Shown piece by piece: positions 1 to 13,267 of a stretch of DNA of 64,000 nucleotides (position 1 is the first letter of the stretch; every line of letters starts with the position of its first letter). The stretch is from NCBI RefSeq assembly GCF_009914755.1, contig NC_060929.1; one strand, 5' to 3'. Both the position numbers and the translations under genes were made by a program. The notes beneath the pieces are model-generated. The model was not told where the DNA came from and did not search any database. It saw only the letters and a list, made by a program, of their open reading frames with translations. The DNA comes from the human T2T-CHM13v2.0 reference genome, Homo sapiens.

Positions 1-176
1 AATGGAATCAGAGAACTTTTTAAGACCCAAACGTGACTCTTATTTTCTGCCTAATACCCTTTAATGGTGCCCCAGCTATCTATGCTGGCTGGCCCTCCTC
101 ACTTCTGTAGCTTTATCTTTCTTCATTTTTCATTCATTTGCTACACGAACCATACTGAAAGTTCACATGTAGTTGA

Positions 177-587
<411 letters not shown>

Positions 588-1064
588 TAACATCAAGTCT
601 GAGTTAGATGTGCCTGCTATGTTTCTCTTATGCTTCCCCTGTCATATGATGTGTCACACTTTTTGTGTGAACATCAATAATTTATTTTTTTGGCCTCTGA
701 CGCTGTGCTCTTCTTCTGAAGATAAAATCCATAAATACAGGCACTATGTCTTCTTCACTGTTAAATCCAGAAAGTTAGGAAATGACTATAGCATTACAGT
801 ATATTCATTCATTCCTCCAAAACATTGTAAACTGATGTAATGCTATTAAGGTTAACAGCATTTGATAAATGTATGAAATAGCAGTTTCCCTACCCCAACC
901 AACCTTCCATCTAAATGGGTAAATTCTTTTAAGATGAGAATTTCATTTACACCTTTCAAAATTATTACTAAAAATGTATTAGTATATGAAGGAAAAAAAT
1001 TAATCGTTTTACCTTTAATTTAACTTTGTTAGGAAGTAAAAATTACCCATAAAAGATAATTCTT

Positions 1065-1367
1065 GGCCAGGAATGGTGGCTTATCCCTGTAAAAACAGCA
1101 CTTTGCGGGGGCCCAAGCAGAAAGATCATTTGAGCCCAGGACCAAGACCTGCCTGGGCAACATAGCAAGACCTCATCTCTACAAAAAATTTAAGAAGCTA
1201 ACCAGGCATGGTGGTGTGCACATGTGGTCTCAGCCATGCTGGAAGCTGATGTGGTAGGATCTCTTGAGCCAACGAATTCAAGGTTGCAGTGAGCTATGAT
1301 CACACCACTGCACTTCAGCCTAGGTGACAGAGCAAGACCCTATTGCTAAACAAAAACAGGCAAAAAA
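1065..1367 (+). mobile_element. AluJ
   Basis: Diverged Alu dimer with A-rich tail. Confidence 0.88.
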
Positions 1368-1635
1368 GGATATTTCTTGATATACACTCAAAACACATAC
1401 ACTAATTTTCCATCCACTTTATTCAAAAAACTTATATTTTTTCTTTTCCAAGTTTACTTGTGTATTGATCAAAGTATATATATTCATTATAAAGTTTGAA
1501 AAAATAGAGAAACAAAATAAGTCATTCACTGTAGCTTTATACAGCTAACATTGTTACGAATTTTCTTTGAGTCTTACTAGTACATATTCTTAAGCAAAAC
1601 TAAAATGGTATGCATATATATGAATTTTGTGTCCC

Positions 1636-1766
1636 ATTTTTCAGATCCAACATGAAATAAAAGTATAATTTTACAAATCCATATATGAGCTAAATCATAA
1701 TTTTTCAGATCCAACATCATGAAATAAAAGTATGATTTTACAAATCCATATATCAGCTAAGTCATA
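1636..1766. repeat. Tandem duplication, 64- and 67-bp units
   Basis: ATTTTTCAGATCCAACAT(CAT)GAAATAAAAGTAT...TCATA twice, with a few substitutions. Confidence 0.92.
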
Positions 1767-2798
1767 ACTTTAAAAAATTCATATAAACAAATAGTACAAC
1801 AGACATGCCATTCCTTTGAAAACTGGAGAATAGGATATTAAGGTGATAGCATCCTAACTTGGTTGTTTATTTGGAATCTATCCAAGCAGATCAAGGAATG
1901 ACATTAGGCAAGATAGGGATGGAGGCACTAGCTTTACGTTCCCATAATTAAGTTACATCAGATAGAGGTTGCTTAGGAGAGAGCATTTCTACTTAAAGAA
2001 ACAGGCCTTGAGAAGTCCAGAGTTTTAACAACTGAAAGGTTTTTCTCAATTCTTCCTAGACCCCAAGGATCTGAGATTTCTACAACTTCACTGAAAATTT
2101 GCATTCTTTCTCCTATGCTTCAGGGTTTAGATTCTAGGTCAGTTGGGACTGTGAAAAAAAATTAAGGATCCATTTCAGATTCATTTTTGTGAATCCTTAT
2201 TCTACCTAGCATGGGGTCCTGCTCATAGTAGTAATAACAACTGTTAATATGTATATAGTACCCTCTATGTATTAGGCACTGTTCTCCAAGGACTTAATAT
2301 CTATTCGTTTAATCTTCACAACTACCTTCATTGCAAGGTATGTACTGTTATCATCATATATGAGTGAGGGAAGAGAAGAAATGAATTCACATCCCCAAAG
2401 TCGCAGAACTGGAATTCAAATCCAAACAATCTAAATAATGAACTGAGCAACAAACAGGTGGCATGTTAGGCCTTACTAGAAGGCATAAGTCGAGAGCTAC
2501 CACAAATGAAACAATTATTCTTGTTAAATGTTTGCCCAAGAAAATTTCTAACCAAAGAAATTAAATTCCATTTGAAATCAATGTGTTCAGTATGTTATGT
2601 GGATCCTTTTCATATTAGACAATGTAAAAATAATTTAATTGCCTGACACATCCTGTATGGGAAGTGATTCCTGAAATAAGGATTCTGATGTGAATTCTTA
2701 CATTTCTTAAGTACTTCATTAGAAATTCTATTGTTCATAAAATTTTTACCAGATGAAAACTTTAATTCGTTGACTCACTTTTTACTTTCCTCCTTGAG

Positions 2799-2980
2799 TT
2801 TACCAAACGAGAACCAGAAGATACGAAAAGTGCAGATTCTGATCGAGATGTTTTTAATGAGAAACCTTCTAAAGAAGAAGTCATGGCAGCTACTCAAGCT
2901 GAAGGACCTAAACGAGTTTCGGACAGTGCCATTATCCACACCAGCATGGGAGACATTCACACCAAACTTTTTCCTGTTGA
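2799..2980 (+). CDS. PPWD1: PPWD1 internal coding exon ([22 protein letters not shown]...TKLFPVE)
   Basis: Pyrimidine tract plus GAG acceptor (AG 2797-2798) and GTATGT donor at 2981. 182 nt, phase-compatible with the next exon; leads into the cyclophilin domain. Confidence 0.93.
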
Positions 2981-3428
2981 GTATGTATAACAACTGTTTT
3001 TATTGGCTTATGTAATTAAGAATGTAAATGTGTATATCTGAAGAAACCATGCAACTTAAAATTCCCGTTACTTTGACTTAAGGAATTTTGAAGAAACGTT
3101 TGATAAAAAACATCTATTCCTGAGCTTTCTGATAAGTGTTACGGTAGAAAATGGGAAATTTTTATGCATATATACTTTATAGGTTCATTACGAGGACAAA
3201 ATGTATTGGCTATGAAAGTGCTGAGTGTAAACTGTAAAGTGATACACAAATGTGTATCACTGTTACTGTTAACAGCACATCTGAACTCTAGGTTTTGTGG
3301 ATTGCTTTGCTTTCCTCTCAAAGCAAATCCTTAAGAGAAAGATAATTATGTTTCCTTACCAACAGTTGCTAGATACCTACTATCTCTTTATAGTTTCAGT
3401 AGCTCTGTGTTTTAAAAGTGAACTACAA

Positions 3429-3736
3429 GCTGGGTGCAGTGGCACGCACTTGTAATCCCAGCTATTCAGGAGGTTAAGACAGGAAGATCAGTGGAGGCCA
3501 GCAGTTTTGAGACTAGCCCGAGCAACACGGCAAGACCCTATCTCTTAAAAAAAATTTTTTTTTATTAGCTGGGCATGGTGGCACGCACCTGTATTCCTGG
3601 CTATGCTAGAGGCTGAGGTCAAAAGATGTCTTGAGCTCAGGAGTTTGAGGCTGCAGTTAGCTATGGTCAAACCACTGCACTCCAACCTGGGCAACAGAGT
3701 GAGACCCTGTTTCTACAAAAACAAATTACAACAAAA
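3429..3736 (+). mobile_element. AluJ
   Basis: Diverged Alu dimer. Confidence 0.88.
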
Positions 3737-4336
3737 CCGTAAGGGCTTCAATTGAAAAAAAGGTGAACAGTTTTCTGGACAGTTTAAAAGACTGTAAAAT
3801 TAACATACAATGTCAAATACAGTAGAGTATCTCTGGCCATTCTTGACCCAAAAAATGACATCTTTTACAACACTTTTACTTAAAAGTTCTTATTTATTAA
3901 CATTTTGAATATGAACGTTTTATACCATATCTTGGTACTCAACAAATAACTAGGCAGCTCTAGACTCTTGGACAGTCTCACTTTAAGTGCTCAAAACCCA
4001 TGTACTCTTCGGCCTTGTTTGCTGATGTACTTGGGTACAAGATTCTCTTGGTTCGTCCATTTCCAGCTCTTAGAAGTATTACATGGTAATGAACCGTATG
4101 AAATAATTGCATAATTTTCAGTTAATATTATTGAGAAAGCTTCGTACTCTGAGTGTGATTGTCATTTAAAGTTGAATAAATTTAGATGTCATTTCTATGA
4201 TTAAGGTTTTGGCCAAGAGTATGTCGCTGTAGCATAACAATGCTTTTGTAAGAAAATGACCTTTCTCAGGAACTTAACCTATACTACTACATGCAGACCT
4301 ATAATACTATATGGAGTAAACTAACTTAAGATATTG

Positions 4337-4464
4337 GGCCAGGTACAGTGGCTCAGGCCTGTAATCTCAGCACTTTAGGAGGCTGAGGCAGGAGGATGTC
4401 TTGAGTCCAGAAAGTCAAGATCAGCCTAGGCAATATAGTGAGACCTTGTCTCTTAAGAAAAAAA
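4337..4464 (+). mobile_element. FLAM / Alu monomer
   Basis: Left-arm-only Alu with A tail. Confidence 0.82.
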
Positions 4465-4776
4465 CATATTTTTAAGGTGCTATGGCTGTATTTTTTTTGA
4501 CTGCTAAATGACCTTGAAATTTTAATACTGTCAAACTCAAATATTAGTTAAGCAGTCATGTTCTAAAGATAACTAAGTTGAACAATAAGAATATACTACT
4601 TACATGACCCTCCGTGCTTGTCCTGAGATTAGAGATTATGAAAAAAAAAAAACAACTGTCCTTCTGAAACATTCAGAAGACATGGAAAGGAAACATCATT
4701 AGGAAGCAGAACTGCAAAGAAAACTGTTTTAAGATGCTCTGAATAGGTTTCATATTTGTAACATATGTCTTAATAG

Positions 4777-4858
4777 GTGCCCTAAGACAGTGGAAAACTT
4801 CTGTGTTCACAGCAGAAATGGTTATTATAATGGGCATACATTTCACCGTATAATTAAG
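4777..4858 (+). CDS. PPWD1: PPWD1 coding exon ([27 protein letters not shown])
   Basis: TAG acceptor, GTAAGT donor; cyclophilin PKTVENF and FHRII motifs. Confidence 0.97.
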
Positions 4859-5760
4859 GTAAGTTACATAAATTTCATGTCATATAAGAAATACTGTATT
4901 ATTACATAGCAAGAGATTTAAGCGCAAGGAATCTTCTTCTCTCACACTTAATCAGTTTAGTGGAAAGGAACAGGAAAAATACACTATGGAAGCCAAAGGA
5001 GGAGTGGATGGTCATAAATATCAACATCTAGAATCAACAGGAATAGTGGCATGATTAGAAACACTGAAGCAATATTTTGTCAGCAGCTAAAGTAAAGGGT
5101 AAGATAATGAATAAAGTGTCATGCTGAGATTACATCAGTAACCTAGGTAACCTCTTTGTCGTGGCTAGATAGGGTCTAGATCTAGAAGATATGATTTTTC
5201 AATCATAGAGGAGCCACAGTGCCATCTGATCTGTGAGAACCTGTAATATACCAGAGGAGGAGAGAGAACTCAGCCCCTGGATTTTGTTGAGCAGCTTTCC
5301 ATAAAGTGGATGGGGCACTGATACAGTGCTTGGTTTCTGGCAGGTCAGAAACGGCAGGATGAAAAGTCAGATCTCAGGGTCCTAAAGGAATTAGCGAAAA
5401 GGCTTTCCAGGAAATCCAGAGTATTTGGGGAAAGGGAGAGGGAGAAGAGGAGGGCAATTATATAAAACATAACATACAGATCCTAAAATTGATAGTATTA
5501 ACTGGCTTTATTTAGGTTATTGAGAAAGACAGAACATGTCTATAAATGAGAAGACGACCTTTGCATTTATGTTTCAATCAAGGTGGTGGTTGGGCAATGG
5601 AAATACATCATCCAAATTTAAGTGTAAGGGTTTAATCAAATCACTTTATAGTGACAGTTAATATTACACTGAATACAAAGCACTCTTGGCAGAAATAAAA
5701 CTTCAAAGCGTACATATATCGAAAAGGACAATGTAATGTTTTTGTGTACTTTCTGTTAAG

Positions 5761-5943
5761 GGCTTTATGATTCAGACTGGAGATCCAACAGGTACTGGTA
5801 TGGGAGGAGAAAGCATATGGGGAGGAGAATTTGAAGATGAATTTCATTCAACATTACGACATGACAGGCCGTACACACTCAGCATGGCTAACGCGGGATC
5901 AAATACTAATGGATCCCAGTTTTTCATAACGGTAGTACCAACG
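5761..5943 (+). CDS. PPWD1: PPWD1 coding exon ([22 protein letters not shown]...[12 protein letters not shown])
   Basis: AAG acceptor, GTAAGT donor, 183 nt; cyclophilin core motifs [22 protein letters not shown]. Confidence 0.98.
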
Positions 5944-7014
5944 GTAAGTACAGTATCATTGTTTATAAACTACAGATTGATAGGTTATGATGTAAGAGAG
6001 TGAACTCAGTAGAAGAGCTGCATTATTCTGTATTTTCTGCATTATTTATATCATCTAGCAGAATACAAATATGAAAATGATCAAGAATATAAAATTATGT
6101 GACTAATCAGTTTAGAATTGGTAAAACAATACTGCCACTGTAGTAAGAAATACAATGGACTACGATTCAAGATACTTGAGTTTCAATCTCAACTCTGCCT
6201 CTACTGATGATGTAACCTAAAATAAATTATTTCACTTCTGTGAGCCTATTTCCTTGTCTTTAGAATACAAAGATTAGAGTATATGAATTCACAATTTTGA
6301 GACAATTTCCCCCACATTTTAGTATCTCTGAAATCAGAATACATTAGATTTGATGAAATACAGTATAAGGTAACCTAGCTCTATTGCTATGCCATAACAC
6401 AAAATTATAAAAATTACCTAGTTTTTGTTTTGGAATTAAGCACTAAGTGATGAAGAAGGGAAAAATGTAACTACCATCTGCCAGGCACATAGTTTTATGT
6501 AGTATTCACAGTACTTCTACTATCAGTATCCCCAGTTTTCAATAATAGATGAAGAAACAGTGAGACATGATTAACTTGCCAAAAGGTCAAGTAGCCAAGC
6601 TAGCATTTGAACTCCCACCTGTCTAATGCCAAAGTATGTGCTGCATAAACTATTTCAAACTGCCTCTGAATAAACTGTTCAGGTAAGAGTCCTCCAGAGA
6701 CCTTTTAAAGCCTTAGCCACAATTCTGTAAGCCATGTGAAGTAACTTACCTTTAGGGAAGATCTTCCAGTTCCCTTTGGTCTGAAAGATGCAGATATTTA
6801 ATTAAACATTATACTATGCTTCTATTTTTTTTAACACACTGGAAATAACTTTTAAAAGCTGCTACATTTTTATTGCTGAGAAATTATTGTACTTCTTTTT
6901 AAATATATGCTAAAGGGGAGCGTAAACTTAAATTCTCTTTAATTTGCTCAACCAGAGGATATAATTTAAAGAAATTGGGGTTTACCAAGATTTTCCATTT
7001 GTCCTCCAACACAG

Positions 7015-7158
7015 CCTTGGCTTGATAATAAGCATACAGTATTTGGACGAGTGACTAAAGGAATGGAAGTTGTACAGAGGATCTCCAACGTCAAAGTCAA
7101 TCCCAAAACAGATAAGCCCTATGAGGATGTCAGCATCATAAATATTACTGTCAAGTAA
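7015..7158 (+). CDS. PPWD1: PPWD1 terminal coding exon ([13 protein letters not shown]...INITVK*)
   Basis: CAG acceptor; [10 protein letters not shown] cyclophilin motif; TAA at 7156-7158. Confidence 0.97.
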   Translation, partial: PWLDNKHTVFGRVTKGMEVVQRISNVKVNPKTDKPYEDVSIINITVK

Positions 7159-7185
7159 AATAAGATTTGTTTTAATGTACTTGCA

Positions 7186-7292
7186 AATAAAAATACAATA
7201 TTAAACAGATTATTTTACATTAGGAAGCTTAGGACTTGCTGAATATACAGATCATGTTTCAAAGATACAGTATTTTTGTATTTTTTATTAAA
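7186..7292 (+). terminator. PPWD1: PPWD1 candidate polyadenylation signals
   Basis: AATAAA 7186-7191, ATTAAA 7200-7205 and ATTAAA 7287-7292 just after the stop codon. Confidence 0.65.
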
Positions 7293-7436
7293 GGCTATTT
7301 TTTAAAAATTACCTTTGACTTTTCTCGCAATATTTCTAATCCTGGGAGGTGATAAATTGAAATGGACTAAACTCAGGCAAATAGCACTCATTATAGGTAA
7401 TTTCTAATCAGCCTCAAATTAAATATTAAATAATTA

Positions 7437-7750
7437 CAGTACTCTCCTCCACCCCCTTTCCCATGGTTTTCTTTCTACTGTCAACCATGATCCAAAAATA
7501 GGTGAGTACAATACAGTGAGATATTTTCAGACAGCAAGACCACATTCACTAACTTTTATTACAGTATACTGCTATAGTTGTTCTATTTTATTGTTGTTAA
7601 TCTCTTACTGTGCCTAATTTATAAATTAAACTTTATCATAGATAGATAGATAGATATGAAAACACAATATATATGGGGTTTAGTATCATCTGAAGTTTCA
7701 GGCATCCACTGGAGGTCTTAGAAGGTATCCCGTGCGATGACAACTCTATT
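7437..7750. mobile_element. Tigger3/MER7-like DNA transposon fossil
   Basis: Characteristic TCTCTTACTGTGCCTAATTTATAAATTAAACTTTATCATAG and TTTCAGGCATCCACTGG passages. Confidence 0.75.
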
Positions 7751-9158
7751 AAATAATGACAGTGGTACACAACTGTGCTTTAATTTTGAATACATGCCAG
7801 ATATTCCGCCCTTATGTTTAGAGGAGTGCAGATCCCTCCTATAAGAAAAAAATACTAGGATATGATATTATATGTCATTTCCTTTGTTTTACAAGGTTTC
7901 AATGCCAAATATTTTAGTCTTTTGATAACTGTTTAGTAAGTAGTGGTGAGTAAAGCCTCAATAAACAGGAAGTTACTTTGGTCAAAGTGTTATATTCCTT
8001 AATAATTATGAAATATTCTTTCAAATGAAAGATTCAGAATAAGTGAATACCTGAGTCCTTAGTTTATTATATGCAGGTTGATTTTCAGATTATTTTTCTA
8101 ACATAGGTAAACAATTTTTTCTGTCCTCAAGTTATAGTATATCTTTAGAAAATATACCATTAAGAAGTATACATAAAAATTTTGGTATCTAACAATGGAG
8201 AGATTAGTAGAAATTGGAGCAGTAAAACAATATGAGCACAAATTCTTATATTGATCTTCTTCACTTACACTTATAACTAACTTCATAACTATTAAGACTC
8301 ACTGCTTCGTTTCCAGAAAGAAAGACTCTTTCTTTCAGAAACTTACAGGAAGAACATTCTCAACAGACCTGTGTAGGGAATTTATATTCTTAAGTTTTAA
8401 ATCGGCTTAAACTTTTCCTTCTATTGATCAGCAGGATTCTTTATTTATTTCGTGCTACAAAGTTGTGAGATAGATAGGAGATTATGCCAGATTGTGCTCC
8501 TGTAATGTATGCTCCTTTTTAAAAGTAGAACTTAAAGTTAGACATGAAAATGACTTTTCAATGTGACATTTACTGTTTCTAATTTTAGTTGTTTAGTCTT
8601 ACCTACCTAGCTTTATTCATTCCTAAAAATTTAATCTAAATTTTTGGTAATATTGCCACCAAGTGATGATGATGCCTCATTCCCCAACAAATAACAATTA
8701 TTTTGCTTTGAGTGAAAACCATATTTGACTAATGAATTTTTCGATTAATATCAAAAACTTAATCGGCAGACCTAAAAACATACATTGCCCATGTCTTTTT
8801 AAAAGCATGTTTTAAGTTATCAGGATATAATTTCATCCTTATTCATTAGTCCTTTTCATCCTTTATTCTTTTAGGGAAGAATACAGCTGTCTTCTTCTTT
8901 GTTAGCACTTTGCCAATTGAGAAGTATCCCAGTGTTACATAAAAAGCCTTTCTCTTAGCAGTATTAGTTCATGAGCTACCACTAAGTTTTGCAAGCCATT
9001 TTCTAAAATGGTCATTTAAAATACTATGTTTTCTTATGAAACAAGTTTACATTTAAAATTTAAAAGGCAGTAACAAAGTTTCACTTCGTTCAATGTAAAA
9101 CTTTAGCTCCGCCTTCAAAACACTATGGTTATATTACTTATTTAAATGTGGCCTGCAC

Positions 9159-9226
9159 ATTACTTCTCGGCCTTTTGGCTAAGATCAGGTGTAGTTAAGA
9201 TCAAGTTTAGTATCTGTTCTCATCAG
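9159..9226 (+). pseudogene. 3'-truncated U2 snRNA retrocopy with internal 16-nt duplication
   Basis: ATTACTTCTCGGCCTTTTGGCTAAGATCAGGTGTAGT...TATCTGTTCTCATCAG matches the U2 5' end; TSD TAAATGTGGCCT at 9143-9154 and 9227-9238. Confidence 0.9.
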
Positions 9227-11208
9227 TAAATGTGGCCTATGTTGCAAATTCAAAACGTTATTTCTAAAATTTTGCTGTATCAAATAAACTACATCTCAAA
9301 TTTGACAGGCATGCCAACCCATACCCATTTTGTTTTATTTTCTCTCCTAACCACAGCACAAATAATGACTTCTTAAATTGGTTACAACTAGCAATAATAT
9401 TAGGTAGATGGTTCAAGAAAGAGACTTTCAAGAATAATGATGGGACTTCTTAAAAATGATCTTAACATTTTATTGCTGTCTATACTTATCATATATGTAG
9501 TGCAAATAATGGCTTCTGATGGTTATAAAGCATTCCTGAATTATAGACTACGGCTATACACTTGACATACCTGCTTTATATAACATACAGTAATATTTAG
9601 ACCTAATACAGAAATTCAGCTACTAGGAAAATTCTAATATACTGTATATAAAAAAGCTCTCTTCTTAGTTTCCCAGGGAAGACTAGCACAGTCTTAACTA
9701 ATGATTAGTGAAATAATACAACCACAAATAGTAATAGGAGCTTGAGAAAAATATTTCTTTAAAAATGAATCACACACAAACACCTACCATTATACATACA
9801 TTATAATCAGGCACAATTTTTCAATTGTGTTCAGTTATATGCTAAGAATGTGCATTACAAAGTTTAGCAAAATTAGTGAAAAGGGAAGCAAGTTCACCTT
9901 AGTGTTACACTTTTTCTTCAATTAACTAGTAAACAGTTCAAGTTCTCACAAGCAATACAACACCTTTTTTATTTTTCACAGTTATTGAAATCAGTCAAAT
10001 ATTAAATAATTTAATTCGGAAGTATTATTTATGCACACAAACTACACCTGTAACAGCATGACCTTTTACCTGAAAAATAAAGGATGAAATATTACATTTA
10101 TTTATTTACATATTGCCCATAATACTGATAGGCTTTTTTTTTAATGCTTTGTTTTCTAAAACTTGTATTGTTTTTAAACAAAAATAGATTTGAAAAGAAT
10201 GAACCACAACAGTGCTACCAAAAAGTCACATCTTGTTACCAGACATCACTGTCCTTACAACAATTCAACTAATAAGATTTAAGATTTAACTTCATCCTAA
10301 TGTATCAGAACATTAAAAAAAAAAAGTCTCAATGTACCTATTTAAATAAATCGTGCTTCCATAATAATATTCTTTAAAAATGAAAAACAGTAAAGAGCAC
10401 ACATTTTTATTTACTCACAACACTGAATAATTAATGTAAACTTTTTGAATTTTTTTTTCTTTAGACATTTTTCCTCTAGAGTAACTTTTCAAGGCCTTCT
10501 CATGAACAGCCTTAAGTTTTATTGTCAAAATAAATGCACTTATTTTGGGAAACAGTTTGAAGTAAGTAATAAGCATTTGCCACTGTACTTACAACTTCTC
10601 TTGAAGTTCGCTTTCTATTTAGGTCACTAGCTTTTAAATAAAGCCAACCCTGGTTCTGCGTTACTTACTACATTTTACCTATAGTCATTCCCACAAAGGA
10701 TGCAATATTATATTAGAAAGAAATATTACTTTAAATTTGTTGAAAAATAGAAGGACCAATTTAGAGCTCTGACCTAGGTTCAGTCCTGGAAATGGGTCTT
10801 TCATAAATTCAGATCCAATTACTTCCACAGTTTTATTACTGTTCAGTTTATTACTAACCTGACAAGCCTAATTGGGTAACATTTCACTCCCTCATTGTGT
10901 TTTATACAAAATGCTGTAGGAGAAAGTTAATAAAACACTATATAAAGTATTAATTTTCTGTACCTTATAGTTCTTAGCATTAAAGGTGTTCTGTTAACTC
11001 TGAACATAAACATAAAGTAATCCTATTATCCAAATATGTAGTTTGGATTCTATTTCATTAAGCAACTGTCATTTCTACTACTAAATGCTGCCAACATTCA
11101 GTGAAAAGGCAGGTTAAAAGAAGCAGCTATACTTCACTTGCTTCACACAGAGGTCTCATTAGGCACTCAATTGGCTATTCTTTTTTCACTGAAAGAATAA
11201 ACCTTCAC

Positions 11209-11267
11209 TTACCCTTTCTCTGTGACTACCTCTTTCCCAGTATATTGGTCACATATTATCTGAAAAA
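11209..11267 (-). CDS. TRIM23: TRIM23 alternative terminal coding segment (beta: VFQIICDQYTGKEVVTEKG*; gamma: CFSDNM*)
   Basis: AAG acceptor at 11268-11270. Internal donors in exon 11 (G|GTATGG at 11626/11625; TG|GTATAT at 11655/11654) read it in two frames, giving tails that match the ARD1 beta and gamma isoforms as I recall them. Confidence 0.85.
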
Positions 11268-11407
11268 CTTAAATAACAAATATACTTTTTAAAAGAATGT
11301 ATATTCAATAAGTTTCTATTTAATTCAATCTAATCTGCTCAATTAGAAATTTAATTCTGCCACAAAATTTTTTTAAAGCAAAGTACTGAATTCCCAATCC
11401 AAGATTC

Positions 11408-11410
<3 letters not shown>

Positions 11411-11448
<38 letters not shown>
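11411..11448. repeat. (TA)19 microsatellite in the TRIM23 3' UTR
   Basis: Perfect dinucleotide run. Confidence 0.97.
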
Positions 11449-11452
<4 letters not shown>

Positions 11453-11551
11453 TCCTAAATTACCATCTTTTGAGATGTATAATTTCTTAAAACATACTAT
11501 GTGCAAAGTTACTTTTAACCACAAAACTTCAAACAACTGCTGCCTTTAAAA

Positions 11552-11731
11552 TCAAGCAACATCCAATACTCCAGCAGCTACAAGTTGCCGTGAGAGCCAG
11601 TCCAACCCTTCATACAGTCCCATACCACTTCGAGCATCACAGCCCTGAATATACCAGCTACGGCCACAGCATAATTTATGGAGACTGAGTAGTTCAGTGA
11701 TTTCTTCTACTGACAGTGCTCCAGCAACATC
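11552..11731 (-). CDS. TRIM23: TRIM23 exon 11 coding part (alpha isoform C-terminus)
   Basis: [11 protein letters not shown]...[34 protein letters not shown]; the 11 exons sum to 1725 nt = 574 aa plus stop. Confidence 0.97.
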   Translation of the reverse strand, partial: DVAGALSVEEITELLSLHKLCCGRSWYIQGCDARSGMGLYEGLDWLSRQLVAAGVLDVA

Positions 11732-12012
11732 CTGAAAGATATATACACATATTTTTTATCAGTCCATCCAAATTATAATTTTTCTAATTATCACCATTTA
11801 TAGAGAAATTTGTTGACAGTGTTCTAACAGAAGCCTAAACAAAAAACCTAGATTCATCTTTCAGTAATTAGTCTGAGATTAATAAGAATAGAAAAAATTA
11901 GTTTGGTTTAACTAATTTATATGTGTGTGTATGTATATACTTTGTAAGGCTAGCTTAACAATGAAATCAATAAAGTCCTTGCAACCTAAAAGGAAACATA
12001 CTGCCTAAGTAA

Positions 12013-12313
<301 letters not shown>

Positions 12314-12911
12314 TAAGTGTAAGGCATCAACTTAAAAAAAAAAAATTAACACATAGAAACCTTAATAAATGGTTTATATATAGGGTTATATATTGAAGAG
12401 TTCACTACATTCCCACTCTGAACACCCATTGCCCCAACTTCCCAGGAGCAACCACCAGTTACAACATATTTTTCCAGAAAATTTCCATGCACACTCATGC
12501 AAAGAGACACAAACAGGAACATAGTTTAGACTTTCTATAACTTGCAGGGTTTTCTGTTTGTTTTTTACGTAAACATGTTGAAGATGAGTATCTTTCCATT
12601 ATCAGCACAGATGGTCTGCATTATTTTTAATATCAGAATTCCCTTCCATTGTGTGGCTGCAACATAATTTAACCAGTCCTATACTGAATGTTCAGATTGA
12701 AGTTTTATGCTTATGTGCTATTATAAATCCATATATATACACATACATACATAAACATACATACACAAAAGTTGACATACATTTATGTATATTTGCAAAA
12801 TTATCTGTAGGATAACCTTTGGATATCTGTCTACCAGATATATAAAGGTAGAATTGCAGGGTAAGGGACTTTGATGAGTATTGCCAAATTGTCCTCCAAG
12901 AAAATGTCTCA

Positions 12912-13267
<356 letters not shown>

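Larger units (their letters stand above)
9450..11551 (-). other. TRIM23: TRIM23 3' UTR (~2.1 kb) with several polyA signals
   Basis: AT-rich, free of interspersed repeats; minus-strand AATAAA at 10518-10523, 10406-10411, 10097-10106, 9968-9973 and 9469-9474. The 3' end is an estimate. Confidence 0.7.

Noticed and set aside
2731-3015. 94-aa ORF from the track and the antisense 72-aa ORF
   Set aside because: Off-frame and antisense shadows of the true PPWD1 exon 2799-2980.
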